Of a stretch of 39,035 nt of DNA, positions 13,027 through 23,509 are shown piece by piece. The notes below the pieces were generated by a model. That model saw only the letters and a program-made list of their open reading frames with translations. It was not told the DNA's origin and made no database searches. The DNA lies in contig JAILMD010000063.1 of assembly GCA_024692805.1 (NCBI GenBank), forward strand, positions 1 to 39,035, read 5' to 3'. Position numbers and translations under genes: made by a program. The stretch comes from a bacterium (GTDB lineage: Bacteria > Bacillota > Clostridia > Christensenellales > UBA1242). Positions within the stretch are counted from its first letter, which is position 1, and every line of letters begins with the position of its first letter.

Positions 13027-14448
13027 ATGGAAAAACAAGACGATTTAATAATTAGTCAAGCACCTGCTCCAGATGTTAATGCAATTTGGGATGAGGCAAA
13101 ACTCTCTATTAGCAAGGATATAACTGCTGTTTCTTTTGACGTTTGGATTGATAGCTTAATTCCCGTTAGTATTGTTGATGACTCTTTTGTTTTATGCGCT
13201 AACTCAATCTCTGGTAAAAACATTATTTTAAAAAATGAGAAATATTATAATTCAATTTTAAATTCAATTAAAGAAATATATCCTCAAATTAATAAAATTG
13301 AAGTTGTTGTTAGGGCTGAAACCGCTAGGCAAGAAGAAAACAGCATTGTTGACAGAGTTGCCGCTCCACAACCCCAAGTTGTTATAAAACCTGAGCCAGC
13401 AAAACCTGCTCAATCAAGTTTTGTTTTCAACCCTAAATATACTTTTGATAACTATGTTATTGGCGGAAATAACCAATTCGTTGCGGCAGCCGCAAAGGCC
13501 GTTGCTGAAAACCCAGGAATTAGTTACAACCCCCTATTTATCTATGGTGGCGTTGGTCTTGGTAAAACTCACCTTCTTCACGCTATTGGAAATTACATAA
13601 CTCAAAATCACCCAGAATTAAACGTTGTTTATGTAACCATTGAAAAGTTTACTAATGACTTGATTGCTTCTATTCAAAACGGAACAAGCCTTGCTAAAAG
13701 TGAGTTTAGAACAAAATATAGGTCTGCTGACGTTTTAATTGTTGATGATATTCAATTTATTATTAACAGAAACAGCGTTCAAGAAGAATTTTTCAACACT
13801 TTTAACGAACTTAACCAAAACGGAAAACAAATCGTCATTTCAAGTGATAAACCTCCAAAAGAGATTAACCCTCTTGAAGAAAGGTTAAGAAGTAGGTTTG
13901 AATGGGGCTTGCTTGCTGATATTGGTGTTCCTGATATTGAAACAAGAATTGCAATTTTAAACAAAAAGGCAAATCTTGAAAGATATAATGTTGATAGTGA
14001 CGTTATTAGTTATATCGCCGAAGCCGTTAAAACTAACATAAGAGAAATGGAAGGCCTTTTAAACAGAGCAGTTTTCTATGCTGGGCTTTTAGGAAAAACT
14101 CAAGTAACAATGGAAATTGCAAGAGAAGCGCTTAAAAACTATTTAACTGAAACTCAAGAATCAGTTAATGCTGACAGCATTGTTGAAATTGTTAGCAAAT
14201 ATTATAACATTAAAAAAGACGAGCTCATTGCTCGAAAGCGAACAAAAGAAATTGCGGAAGCAAGGCAAATTGCAATGTTTTTAATTAGTGAGTTTATTAA
14301 CATTCCCCTCGCCTCAATTGGTGCAATTTTCGGAAAAGATCACGCAACAGTAATTTATGCTAAAAACAAGGTTGCGGAAGATATGAAAACAAATCAAAAA
14401 CTTGCCGTTCAAATTAACGACATGAAACAAATGATAAAAAATAAATAA
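13027..14448 (+). CDS. dnaA: chromosomal replication initiator DnaA
   Basis: YTFDNYVIG, NPLFIYGGVGLGKTHL, DDIQF, RLRSRF, domain IV DHATV; GAGGAGG RBS. Confidence 0.98.
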   Translation: MEKQDDLIISQAPAPDVNAIWDEAKLSISKDITAVSFDVWIDSLIPVSIVDDSFVLCANSISGKNIILKNEKYYNSILNSIKEIYPQINKIEVVVRAETARQEENSIVDRVAAPQPQVVIKPEPAKPAQSSFVFNPKYTFDNYVIGGNNQFVAAAAKAVAENPGISYNPLFIYGGVGLGKTHLLHAIGNYITQNHPELNVVYVTIEKFTNDLIASIQNGTSLAKSEFRTKYRSADVLIVDDIQFIINRNSVQEEFFNTFNELNQNGKQIVISSDKPPKEINPLEERLRSRFEWGLLADIGVPDIETRIAILNKKANLERYNVDSDVISYIAEAVKTNIREMEGLLNRAVFYAGLLGKTQVTMEIAREALKNYLTETQESVNADSIVEIVSKYYNIKKDELIARKRTKEIAEARQIAMFLISEFINIPLASIGAIFGKDHATVIYAKNKVAEDMKTNQKLAVQINDMKQMIKNK

Positions 14449-14458
14449 GGAGAAAATT

Positions 14459-15562
14459 ATGAAATTAGTTTGTGAAGGTCTTGACTTAAGCGAAGCTGTT
14501 TTAAAAGTTATCAAAGCTTCAGCAATTAGAACAACCAACCCCGTTTTAGAGGGAATTAAGTTAAAAGCATCATTTGATAGCTTAACGTTAACCGCAACCG
14601 ATAATGAGTTAACAATTGAAAAAACAATTCCTGCTGACGTTAAAATTGAAGGAGAAGTTATTGTTCCTGGAAAATTCTTTGCAGAATTTGTTAAAAAACT
14701 TTCTAATGAACAAATTGAATTAACGCTAACTGATAATAACATTTTAAAAATCAAATATACTGACAGCGTTGGTCAACTTCAATGCCTTAACGTTGATGAA
14801 TTCCCTACTATCAAACAACTCGATAACCCTGAAAAAATCGTTATCAACCAAAAAGATTTTAGAGATTTAATAAACAAAACAATCTTCAGCGTTGCTATTG
14901 ATGACGCCCGCCCAATTTTAAAAGGTTGCCTCTTTGAAATTGCTAACGGAAGCGTAACTTGCGTTGCTCTTGATGGTTTTAGGCTTGCTTTAGCCCAAAA
15001 ACAACTTAAATCAACAACTGCTGACTTTAATTTTATCGTTCCTGCTAGATGCCTTGCTGAAATCAGCAAACTTCTTGATGAAAACGATAACGATATAACG
15101 CTTTTAGTTCAAAAGAATTACTTAATGGTTGACCTTAACTCAACAAAAATTGTAACAAGGCTTCTTGATGGTGACTTTATTAACTATCGCCAAGTTATTC
15201 CTAATAACAAAACAACAATTGTAACAATTAATAAAAATCAACTTGAAAATGGTCTTGAAAGAGCAAGCCTTCTTGCAAGAATGGATAAAAATAATTTGGT
15301 TAAATTTGAAGTTCATGATAAACTTTTAACATTAGCCAGCCAATCAGATATCGGTAATGTTACTGAAAACATAACAATTGGCCTTGAAGGAAAAGATATT
15401 TCAATCGCCTTCAATGCAAGATATATCAGCGAATGCTTAAGAAACATTGAAGATGAATTTATCTGCTTAAACTTCACAACTCCAATCGCTCCTTGCACGG
15501 TTACCGGAACTCAAAACGCTGAATATTTATATTTAATTTTACCAGTAAGAATTGTTTCATAG
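14459..15562 (+). CDS. dnaN: DNA polymerase III beta clamp
   Basis: ATDNEL, ALDGFRLA, IAFNARY, LILPVR; 10 bp after dnaA. Confidence 0.97.
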   Translation: MKLVCEGLDLSEAVLKVIKASAIRTTNPVLEGIKLKASFDSLTLTATDNELTIEKTIPADVKIEGEVIVPGKFFAEFVKKLSNEQIELTLTDNNILKIKYTDSVGQLQCLNVDEFPTIKQLDNPEKIVINQKDFRDLINKTIFSVAIDDARPILKGCLFEIANGSVTCVALDGFRLALAQKQLKSTTADFNFIVPARCLAEISKLLDENDNDITLLVQKNYLMVDLNSTKIVTRLLDGDFINYRQVIPNNKTTIVTINKNQLENGLERASLLARMDKNNLVKFEVHDKLLTLASQSDIGNVTENITIGLEGKDISIAFNARYISECLRNIEDEFICLNFTTPIAPCTVTGTQNAEYLYLILPVRIVS

Positions 15563-15571
15563 GGGGAAAAT

Positions 15572-16219
15572 ATGAAAGTTAAAAATGGTTTTTTAATTGG
15601 TGCATTAGTTTTATCTGTTGCCCACTTCGTTATCTTAATGTTATCTTTGTTTAACGTTATTGACACTTCAAGCGTTTTGCCAGCAAACTTCAATTATTTT
15701 GTTGCTTTTGCTTTAATTGCCGTTTGCCTTGCGCTATTTACAATCGCTTTATTTGTTGAAAGCAAAAAACAATTAACTGTTCCAACCTGGCTTGCCGTTA
15801 GCTTTTATTGCTGTTTCTTTATCTTTACTAACGTTTATTACTTCTTTGGGCTTTATAACATTTTCTTAACTAACCTATTATTCTATGTTGCCCTTTCTGT
15901 TTTAGTTAGCATTTTAAGCCTTTCAATTTATTACAACGAATTAAAAGCATTTGACGGAACTCTTGAAAATAAAAACAGATATCTTGGTTATGTTTTATTT
16001 AGCGTTAGCATTTCAATCTCTTTGATCTTTGAACTTGTTGTTATGCTAATAAAATATATCTCAAACCCTAATATTAATTTAACCGTTCACGCTCTTGCAT
16101 CTTTTGGAATTTTAATTCTTGGCGCTTTGATCTTTGCTGTTTTATTTACCGAATCAATTAAGAAAACAAAACGCTTTGCAAATGCTTGTTTGATAAAAAT
16201 AAACACAAAACAACAATAA
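15572..16219 (+). CDS. hypothetical multi-pass membrane protein
   Basis: About 6 hydrophobic helices; GGGGG RBS; 9 bp after dnaN. Confidence 0.7.
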   Translation: MKVKNGFLIGALVLSVAHFVILMLSLFNVIDTSSVLPANFNYFVAFALIAVCLALFTIALFVESKKQLTVPTWLAVSFYCCFFIFTNVYYFFGLYNIFLTNLLFYVALSVLVSILSLSIYYNELKAFDGTLENKNRYLGYVLFSVSISISLIFELVVMLIKYISNPNINLTVHALASFGILILGALIFAVLFTESIKKTKRFANACLIKINTKQQ

Positions 16220-16233
16220 AAAATAAAATTCAT

Positions 16234-16257
16234 AAATCGCCTGACGGCGATTTTTTT
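16234..16257 (+). terminator. terminator of dnaA-dnaN-membrane gene unit
   Basis: AAATCGCC-TGAC-GGCGATTT plus T run. Confidence 0.85.
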
Positions 16258-16278
16258 ATTAATATAAATAGTTATTTA

Positions 16279-16307
16279 TTGACAAATGAGCTTTTTTTTA
16301 ATATAAT
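16279..16307 (+). promoter_or_regulatory. consensus sigma-A promoter of rpmH operon
   Basis: TTGACA, 17 bp, TATAAT. Confidence 0.85.
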
Positions 16308-16350
16308 AAACTCACTCATAAAGAGAATAAATCTAATCTAGGAGAATGTC

Positions 16351-16485
16351 ATGAAAAGAACTTACCAACCTAAAAAAGCTAACAGAACTAAAGTTCACGG
16401 ATTCCGTGCTAGAATGAAAACTAAAGGCGGTAAAAAAGTTCTTGCCCGCAGAAGAAACAAGGGCAGAGCTAAAATTTGCGCATAA
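16351..16485 (+). CDS. rpmH: 50S ribosomal protein L34 (absent from ORF track)
   Basis: Translated by hand: [44 protein letters not shown]; AGGAG RBS. Confidence 0.97.
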   Translation: MKRTYQPKKANRTKVHGFRARMKTKGGKKVLARRRNKGRAKICA

Positions 16486-16832
16486 TGATTAAAAAAGAGT
16501 TTAGGCTTAAAAAGAAATACCAGTTTAATTACACTTATCACGCTGGTGAAACAGTTGGCGAACGCCACCTTTTAATTTGTTTCGCTAAAAGCAAAAATAA
16601 AGTAATTAAAATTGGCCTTTCTGTTACTAAAAAAGTGGGCAATGCTGTAACAAGGAATCGCGTTAAGCGTTTGCTTAGAGCAAGCATTAGCCCAGTTTTA
16701 AGTAAGCTTAAAAAAGATTATAACCTAATTATAATCGCCCGCCCTAGCATTACTAGCATTGGCTTAAACGAGATAAACGAAGAACTAATGGTTTGTTTGA
16801 AAAAAGCAGGATTATTTAATGAAAATATTTAA
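16485..16832 (+). CDS. rnpA: ribonuclease P protein component
   Basis: GLSVTKKVGNAVTRNRVKR; TAATG overlap with rpmH. Confidence 0.95.
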   Translation: MIKKEFRLKKKYQFNYTYHAGETVGERHLLICFAKSKNKVIKIGLSVTKKVGNAVTRNRVKRLLRASISPVLSKLKKDYNLIIIARPSITSIGLNEINEELMVCLKKAGLFNENI

Positions 16833-17091
16833 ATTTATAGTAAGAATCCCAATGTTTATAGCCTTGGGCTTTGTTTATTTCTATAAATTTGCTATTTCCC
16901 CTATCTTGCCAAAAACTTGCCACTTCACTCCGTCTTGTTCAACCTATGCGGTTACTGCGTTTAAAAGGTTCGGCTTGTTTCGTGGCGGTTGGCTTGCTGC
17001 TAAAAGAATAGCAAGATGCAACCCAAAAACAAGTTTTAAAAAAGACCCCGTTCCTTATAATCTTAAAGGAGATTTTAAATGGCTGATTTAA
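16819..17091 (+). CDS. yidD: membrane protein insertion efficiency factor
   Basis: CHFTPSCSTYA and RIARCNP; position between rnpA and yidC. Confidence 0.93.
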   Translation: MKIFKFIVRIPMFIALGFVYFYKFAISPILPKTCHFTPSCSTYAVTAFKRFGLFRGGWLAAKRIARCNPKTSFKKDPVPYNLKGDFKWLI

Positions 17092-18245
17092 TTTTAAACA
17101 TTTCTGCCCCAGGCGGATTATGGATGATAATAATTAACTGGATTAATTCAGGTGTTTTCAACTTTGCGTGGACAATTATTCTTTTCACGCTTCTAATTAA
17201 AGTTGTTTTATCTCCTTTTGATTTTTTAATTAAATATTCAACAAAGAAAACAACCTTAATTCAACAAAAATGTGCACCACAAATTGCAAAACTTCAAAAG
17301 AAATATGCAAATAACCAACAACAGTTTTCAGTTTTGCAACAAAACATTTATAAAAAAGAAGGTTTAAATATGATGAGCAGTTGCCTCATTATGTTAGTTA
17401 ACCTTATTGTTACAATTCTTATCTTCTTCTCTATTTACACAACGCTAAGAGAAGCAAGTGCTTACTATGCAATTAAACAATATCAAGAATTAAACACTGC
17501 TTACACTAACGCTTATGAAAAAGTTTTAGAAGATAGAAACATTGGTTATAATAGCAGCGCTGATTATTCAGAAAATGAAGCAATGAAAGCAGAAATTGCA
17601 ACGGCTAAGCAAGACGAATCAGTTAAAACTGCCGTTATGGAAAAATGGAACGAAGTTAAAGATAGTTGGCTCTGGATCAAAAACATTTGGGTTTTAGATG
17701 GGCACACTGATCCCCTTCCAACATATAGTGACTTAACAAAACTTGCCAACAACGCTGGCGGTTTATTTAACAGCGGAGTTAAAGATTCTTACGTTGAATA
17801 TGTTAAAGGAATAAAAGAAAGCGATTATAACGAAGTTAGATCAACAATTTCTTCAAGCCTTAATGGCTGGAATGGCTATTATATCTTAGTTGTTTTAGCT
17901 GGAGGAGTTACCTTCCTTTCATCTTGGGTTAACGAAAGATCAAACAGCTTAAAACGCAAAAAAGAGCCTAAACAAAGAACTAATCAATTTATTAAGTCTA
18001 GCGCTCCTGCGCAAAATAATAACCAAACTGCTCAAACATCAACCGCTATGAAAGTTATGAAATTTGCTTTACCAGCAGTTATGATTATATTTGTTTTAAC
18101 AAGCTCATCAGCATTCGGAATTTATATCGTTGCTCAAAGCTTGATTGGTATTGGAATGAGTTATCTAATTAATTTAATAGTTGATAAATTAACGCATAAA
18201 AAACAGTTGGAAGTTATTGAATATTTAGATAAAATAGAAAGATAA
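17079..18245 (+). CDS. yidC: YidC/Oxa1 membrane insertase
   Basis: WTIILFTLLIK, PQIAKLQKKY, SWLWIKNIW; synteny. Confidence 0.9.
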   Translation: MADLILNISAPGGLWMIIINWINSGVFNFAWTIILFTLLIKVVLSPFDFLIKYSTKKTTLIQQKCAPQIAKLQKKYANNQQQFSVLQQNIYKKEGLNMMSSCLIMLVNLIVTILIFFSIYTTLREASAYYAIKQYQELNTAYTNAYEKVLEDRNIGYNSSADYSENEAMKAEIATAKQDESVKTAVMEKWNEVKDSWLWIKNIWVLDGHTDPLPTYSDLTKLANNAGGLFNSGVKDSYVEYVKGIKESDYNEVRSTISSSLNGWNGYYILVVLAGGVTFLSSWVNERSNSLKRKKEPKQRTNQFIKSSAPAQNNNQTAQTSTAMKVMKFALPAVMIIFVLTSSSAFGIYIVAQSLIGIGMSYLINLIVDKLTHKKQLEVIEYLDKIER

Positions 18246-18256
18246 GAGGTAAACAT

Positions 18257-18976
18257 ATGAAATCAATTGAAACAGAAGGAAAAACCATTGATCAAGCCAT
18301 TGAGCTTGGGCTTTATAAATTAAGCGATGGAAATGAAAACAGGCTAACAAGAGATCAAGTTAAAATTAGAATTCTTGAAGAAGCAGGGCTTTTTAATAAA
18401 GCAAAAGTTAGATTAACTTTAAATCAAACAAGTGAAGTTGAAGAACAAGTTTCAGCGCTTGCTAACCAACTTGTTGAAAAAATGGGGCTTAAACTTAACG
18501 TTTATGCTGAAGAAACTGAAAACGGAATTTTAATTGATTTAACCGGCCCTGATGCAGCAATTGCTATTGGAAAACATGGCGACTGCCTTGAGGCAATTTC
18601 AACCGTTTTAAATAACATTTATAACAAAGGCAAGGCTCATGACGAATTAACAAGAATTATTGTTGACAGCAACAATTATAAATCTCGCCGTGAAGCAACA
18701 TTAGTTAGCCTTGCTAAAAAGATGGCTTCAAGAGCAATAAGAGAAGGTAAAAACGTTAAACTTGAGCCAATGACAAGTTATGAAAGAAGAATTATTCATA
18801 ACGCTTTAACAAATGAAACACGCGTTACTAGCGAAAGCGAAGGAAGCGAACCAAACAGATATGTTGTTATAAAACTAGTTAACCCTTCTAACAAATTTAA
18901 AGAAAAGAGTGAAGCAAGAAAAGAAACTAACCCGCTTCAAGAAGAAGTTTTAGAAGAAAGAGCTGATAACGATTAA
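18257..18976 (+). CDS. jag: Jag/EloR/KhpB RNA-binding protein
   Basis: Jag N-domain GKTIDQAI, KH GxxG (IGKHG), R3H ERRIIH. Confidence 0.93.
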   Translation: MKSIETEGKTIDQAIELGLYKLSDGNENRLTRDQVKIRILEEAGLFNKAKVRLTLNQTSEVEEQVSALANQLVEKMGLKLNVYAEETENGILIDLTGPDAAIAIGKHGDCLEAISTVLNNIYNKGKAHDELTRIIVDSNNYKSRREATLVSLAKKMASRAIREGKNVKLEPMTSYERRIIHNALTNETRVTSESEGSEPNRYVVIKLVNPSNKFKEKSEARKETNPLQEEVLEERADND

Positions 18977-19014
18977 TAAAAAAACCTATAGCGAATTGCT
19001 ATAGGTTTTTTATT
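18975..19014. terminator. bidirectional terminator
   Basis: AAAAAACCTATAGC-GAATT-GCTATAGGTTTTTT. Confidence 0.85.
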
Positions 19015-19027
19015 GTTAATTTAAATT

Positions 19028-19348
19028 TTATTCAGTTATGATTCCGATAACCTTTTCCCAGGTTTCAGGGAAAAACATAGAAACAACAACAATTGCTCCA
19101 ATAAGAACAAATAAAATCTTAAATAAAACAGATTTCCCACTGCAGAATTCAAGCGCAGTTATTGCAACAACTGTTAGTGGCGCCCAAGTTTTAACAACAA
19201 CTAAAACGTTGTAAATAACTCCATCTCCTAAGAAATCCCAATGAGCGTTAATTGCAAGTAGTGCAAAAACAACAAGTGTTAAAAATGCAGCAATTCCGCC
19301 AAGCCAATCTAAAACTGAACCCCAAGCACCCTCTTTATGCTCTGCCAT
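19028..19348 (-). CDS. small hypothetical membrane protein
   Basis: Three hydrophobic helices; AGGAGG RBS. Confidence 0.7.
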   Translation of the reverse strand: MAEHKEGAWGSVLDWLGGIAAFLTLVVFALLAINAHWDFLGDGVIYNVLVVVKTWAPLTVVAITALEFCSGKSVLFKILFVLIGAIVVVSMFFPETWEKVIGIITE

Positions 19349-19469
19349 AAAACAATCCTCCTTTTTTCTTTATTATAAGAATTCTGTAAAATTTTGTCAA
19401 TATTTCAAGGCAAGTTATAAAAATTTTAAAACCCTTGCAATTTACTTTTTTTATAGTATAATAATTATT

Positions 19470-20822
19470 ATGAAAAATTTAAAGGGCGAAAACCAAACAA
19501 TTGTTGCTTTGTCTTCCCCACTAGGCGTTGGCGCGATCGGCGTTGTTAGGCTTAGCGGACCAAGCGCAATTAAGATTGCCGATAAACTTTTTACAAGTTT
19601 TAAAGGCAAAAAACCAAGTTCTTTCGAACCAAGAAAAATGGAACTTGGAACTTTTTGTGCCAAAAATTTTAACGAGCAAATATTATGTGTTGTTTTTGTT
19701 GCGCCTTTTAGTTTCACCGGCGAAAATCTTGTTGAATTCCAATGTCACGGCGGAATTAAGATTGCCGAAGGAATTGTTGATGCCTGCATTAACGCTGGCG
19801 CCGTTTTAGCGCAAAATGGCGAGTTTTCAAAAAGAGCCTTTATTAACGGAAAACTTAATCTAGAAAAAGCCGAAGGAATGATGAATATGATTGAGGCTGA
19901 AAGTGAAGCCGAAATAAGGGCTGGTTATTCCCTACTTTCTGGCGCACTTGGAAAACTAGCGATTTCTTGTCAAAAAGAATTAACTGATCTTTTAAGCGAT
20001 ATTGAAGTTAGTTTTGATTATCCTGAAGAAGATATTGAATATATAACTCGCAATAAAACAAAACAAAAAATTGTTGAAATTGAACAAAAAATCAACGAGC
20101 TTATTAAAACAAGTTCAACCGGAAGAAAAATAAAAGAAGGCGTTAACCTTTTAATTTTGGGTGAGCCAAATGTTGGTAAAAGCAGTCTTCTTAACGCCCT
20201 AAGCGCAAGCGATAAAGCAATTGTTACTAATATTGCCGGAACAACCCGTGACACAATCGAAGAAACAATTTTAATTAACGGCGTTAAGTTTAATATTATT
20301 GACACTGCCGGAATTAGAAAAACAACTGACATTATTGAAAAAATTGGAATTGATAAGGCAAAAGATAAGATTAAATCAGCAGATTTAGTTATAGTTTTGG
20401 TTGACGCAAGCAAAAAGCAATCAAAAGAAGACGAGGAGATTTTAAAACTTACTGACAAAACTAACCGAATTGTTGTTGGAAACAAAACAGATTTAATAAA
20501 ATCCCCTGTTCAAAAAGCAGATTTATATATTTCAACAAAAGATGAAAAAAGTGTTAACAACTTAAAACAAAAAATTTATGAATTAACGCTTAAAGAAAAC
20601 ATAACAAATGCCTTGATTATAACAAATTTAAGGCATCTTGACGCATTAACCCGTGCTCAAAAAGCACTTAAAAAGGCAATAAAAAACATTGATGAAGATA
20701 GCCTTGACCTTATTTCAATTGACCTTAAAACCGCTTATTCTTGCCTTGGTGAAATAACAGGAAACACAACAAGCGAAGATATTATTGATGCTATTTTTGC
20801 TAAATTCTGTTTAGGAAAATAA
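19470..20822 (+). CDS. mnmE: tRNA modification GTPase MnmE/TrmE
   Basis: [25 protein letters not shown]-terminal FCLGK. Confidence 0.96.
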   Translation: MKNLKGENQTIVALSSPLGVGAIGVVRLSGPSAIKIADKLFTSFKGKKPSSFEPRKMELGTFCAKNFNEQILCVVFVAPFSFTGENLVEFQCHGGIKIAEGIVDACINAGAVLAQNGEFSKRAFINGKLNLEKAEGMMNMIEAESEAEIRAGYSLLSGALGKLAISCQKELTDLLSDIEVSFDYPEEDIEYITRNKTKQKIVEIEQKINELIKTSSTGRKIKEGVNLLILGEPNVGKSSLLNALSASDKAIVTNIAGTTRDTIEETILINGVKFNIIDTAGIRKTTDIIEKIGIDKAKDKIKSADLVIVLVDASKKQSKEDEEILKLTDKTNRIVVGNKTDLIKSPVQKADLYISTKDEKSVNNLKQKIYELTLKENITNALIITNLRHLDALTRAQKALKKAIKNIDEDSLDLISIDLKTAYSCLGEITGNTTSEDIIDAIFAKFCLGK

Positions 20823-22669
20823 TGATGGATTACGATTCAATAGTTATTGGTGGTGGGCACGCTGGCGTTGAAGCCAGTCTTGCTCTAGCTCGAACGGGCA
20901 ACAAAACCCTTCTTATAACTCTAACTAAAGAGAGTCTTTCTTTTATGCCTTGTAATCCTAGCATTGGCGGAACCGCTAAAGGTCATCTTGTTTGTGAAAT
21001 TGATGCGCTTGGCGGCCAAATGGGAATAAGCGCAGACGCTAACTGCTTGCAAATTAGAATGCTTAATTTAAGCAAGGGCCCTGCCGTTTATAGCCTTAGG
21101 GCGCAAATAGATAAAAACGCGTATCACAGAAATATGCTTAAGGTTTGTGAAAACCAAGATAATTTAACAATTATTGAAGATGAAGCAAGCGAAATTTTAA
21201 CTGAAGATAAAAAAGTTGTTGGTGTTAAAACAAAATCTGGCTTAACTTTTAGTTGTAAAAGCGTTGTTGTTTGTGTTGGTGTTTATCTTAACGCAAGAAC
21301 AATAACAGGAACAGTTATAAAAGAAAAAGGCCCTGCAACTTTTGATAGAGCAACTCTTTTAACTAAAAACCTCGCTGACCTTGGTTTTGAAATAAGAAGG
21401 TTTAAAACGGGAACTCCCCCACGCCTTGATGGTTTAACTATTGACTATTCAAAATTTGTTGAGCAAAAGGGCGACTCAAATATTCAATCTTTCAGCTTTT
21501 TAACTAAGAAAACCCCTAAAAATATCTGCGTTTGTCACCTTGGTTACACAACACTTAAAACCAAGCAAATAATACTTGATAACCTTGATAAAGCGCCAAT
21601 GTATAATGGTGAAATTAACGGAATTGGCCCAAGATATTGCCCTTCAATCGAAACAAAAATTGTACGTTTTGCTGATCACGACCGCCACCAACTATTCTTA
21701 GAGCCTGAAACGCTTGAAACCAATGAAATTTACCTTCAAGGAATGAGCACAAGCATGCCAAGCGATATTCAAAAGCAAATGGTTGAAAGCGTGCCGGGGC
21801 TTGAACAAACAAAAATAACAAAATGGGGCTATGCTATTGAATATGACTGCATTAACCCTCTTAACCTTTACCCAACCCTTGAGTCAAAACCTGTTTCTGG
21901 CCTCTATTGCGCCGGCCAAATAAATGGAACAAGCGGTTATGAAGAAGCGGGCGCCCAAGGCTTATTAGCGGGAATTAACGCCAACCTTTATAACAAAAAT
22001 AAAGAGCAATTGATTTTAAGGCGTGATAATTCATATATTGGCGTTTTAGTTGACGATTTAACAACAAAAGGAACTAACGAGCCTTACAGAATGATGACAA
22101 GCCGCGCTGAATTTAGGCTTCTTTTAAGGCAAGATAACGCTGATATAAGACTAACCGAAATAGGAAGAAACGTTGGCCTTGTTGATGACGTTAGATATAA
22201 CGCTTTCAAACGAAAAATGAAGTCAATAAATAAACTTAAAGAAGAAATTAAGCAGTCAATTAAGCCTTCAAAAACGCTTGACGAATTCCTTGCTCGCCAT
22301 AATGAAAGCCCTGCTCCAAAAGGAATAACAATCGTTAATTTAATTAAAAGAAGTAACATTTCAATCTTTGATATCAAAAAAGAACTCGGGCTTTTAAAAG
22401 GCTATTCAAGAGAGGTTTTAAACCAAGTTAGCATAAGCGTTAAATATGCTGGCTATCTAACTCGTGAAGAACAATTAATTGAGAGAAACGCAAAACTTGA
22501 ATCAAGGCTAATTCCTGATGATATTGACTATTTAAAACTTAAAGGAATAAGAATGGAAGCGCGAATGAAACTCGCTGAAATCAAGCCAAAAACAATCGGC
22601 CAAGCGTCAAGAATTTCTGGCGTTAACCCAGCCGACATTAACGTTTTAATCTTGCAATTAAAAAATTAA
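20822..22669 (+). CDS. mnmG: tRNA modification enzyme MnmG/GidA
   Basis: [42 protein letters not shown]. Confidence 0.97.
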   Translation: MMDYDSIVIGGGHAGVEASLALARTGNKTLLITLTKESLSFMPCNPSIGGTAKGHLVCEIDALGGQMGISADANCLQIRMLNLSKGPAVYSLRAQIDKNAYHRNMLKVCENQDNLTIIEDEASEILTEDKKVVGVKTKSGLTFSCKSVVVCVGVYLNARTITGTVIKEKGPATFDRATLLTKNLADLGFEIRRFKTGTPPRLDGLTIDYSKFVEQKGDSNIQSFSFLTKKTPKNICVCHLGYTTLKTKQIILDNLDKAPMYNGEINGIGPRYCPSIETKIVRFADHDRHQLFLEPETLETNEIYLQGMSTSMPSDIQKQMVESVPGLEQTKITKWGYAIEYDCINPLNLYPTLESKPVSGLYCAGQINGTSGYEEAGAQGLLAGINANLYNKNKEQLILRRDNSYIGVLVDDLTTKGTNEPYRMMTSRAEFRLLLRQDNADIRLTEIGRNVGLVDDVRYNAFKRKMKSINKLKEEIKQSIKPSKTLDEFLARHNESPAPKGITIVNLIKRSNISIFDIKKELGLLKGYSREVLNQVSISVKYAGYLTREEQLIERNAKLESRLIPDDIDYLKLKGIRMEARMKLAEIKPKTIGQASRISGVNPADINVLILQLKN

Positions 22670-22692
22670 AGAAGCATTTTTGCTTCTTTTTT
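22668..22692. terminator. bidirectional terminator
   Basis: AAAGAAGCA-TTTT-TGCTTCTTT between convergent genes. Confidence 0.7.
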
Positions 22693-23311
22693 ATTCCCAA
22701 TAAATTTTGGGATTGCAATCTTTTGAAACTGCCCGCGCTTGCCCAATAACAAAGGCGCCTTTGCTAACGTCTTCGGTTACAGTTGTTCCAGCACAAATGT
22801 AAGCGTTATCACAAATATTAAGAGGCGCAACAAGATTAACGTTTGCCCCAACAAAAACGTGGTTGCCAATATGTGTTTTTTGCTTAATCTTGCCGTTAAA
22901 ATTAGCAAAAACAACCCCACTCCCTATGTTACACCTCTCCCCAACAACCGCGTCGCCAACATAGCATAAATGACTGATTTTTGAAAGCCGACCAACACAG
23001 GCATTTTTTGTTTCGCAAAATGCGCCAACTTTAACCTTATCGCTTATAATCGAGCCCGGCCTAAGATTTGAAAACGGCCCAATCTCGCAATTTTCGCCAA
23101 CCTCGCTCTTTTCAATATATGAGTTTTTAACGATTGTGTTTTTGCCAATCTTTGAATCAACAATAACGCACCCCGGCATAATAACCGCTCCCGCATCAAT
23201 AATTGTTGTTCCGCTTATTAAAACCCCGGGGTAAATTATTGCAGTTTTATCAATTTTAACGCTCTTTTCAATAAGGGATTTATCTAATAAAGAGTTGAAT
23301 TTTGGCTGCAT
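22691..23311 (-). CDS. stand-alone GlmU C-terminal (glucosamine-1-P acetyltransferase-like) hexapeptide-repeat protein
   Basis: IGPFSNLRP, GAFCETK, SHLCYVGDA, ANFNG, FVGANVNLVAP; no uridyltransferase domain. Confidence 0.85.
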   Translation of the reverse strand: MQPKFNSLLDKSLIEKSVKIDKTAIIYPGVLISGTTIIDAGAVIMPGCVIVDSKIGKNTIVKNSYIEKSEVGENCEIGPFSNLRPGSIISDKVKVGAFCETKNACVGRLSKISHLCYVGDAVVGERCNIGSGVVFANFNGKIKQKTHIGNHVFVGANVNLVAPLNICDNAYICAGTTVTEDVSKGAFVIGQARAVSKDCNPKIYWE

Positions 23312-23332
23312 AGAAAATCTCTCCTTTTAAGC

Positions 23333-23370
23333 CATTTTATGCTCAAAGGCCAAATTTTGATATAAAAAAG
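23333..23370 (-). promoter_or_regulatory. putative alternative-sigma (sigmaE-like) promoter
   Basis: Minus strand TCAAAA-N13-CATAAAATG, same layout as 38613-38650. Confidence 0.45.
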
Positions 23371-23432
23371 GCCCCTTTAGCCCAAAAAATCTAATAAAAA
23401 TTGATTTTTTTATCAAAAACACGTAAATCTAT

Positions 23433-23461
23433 TTGCTAAAAACCAATAATTTTGTTAAAAT
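23433..23461 (+). promoter_or_regulatory. sigma-A promoter of HU gene
   Basis: TTGCTA, 17 bp, TAAAAT with extended TGn. Confidence 0.65.
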
Positions 23462-23509
23462 TAAGGTAATAAACAAGATAATATCTTGTTAAATTTAAGG
23501 AGGACGTTT

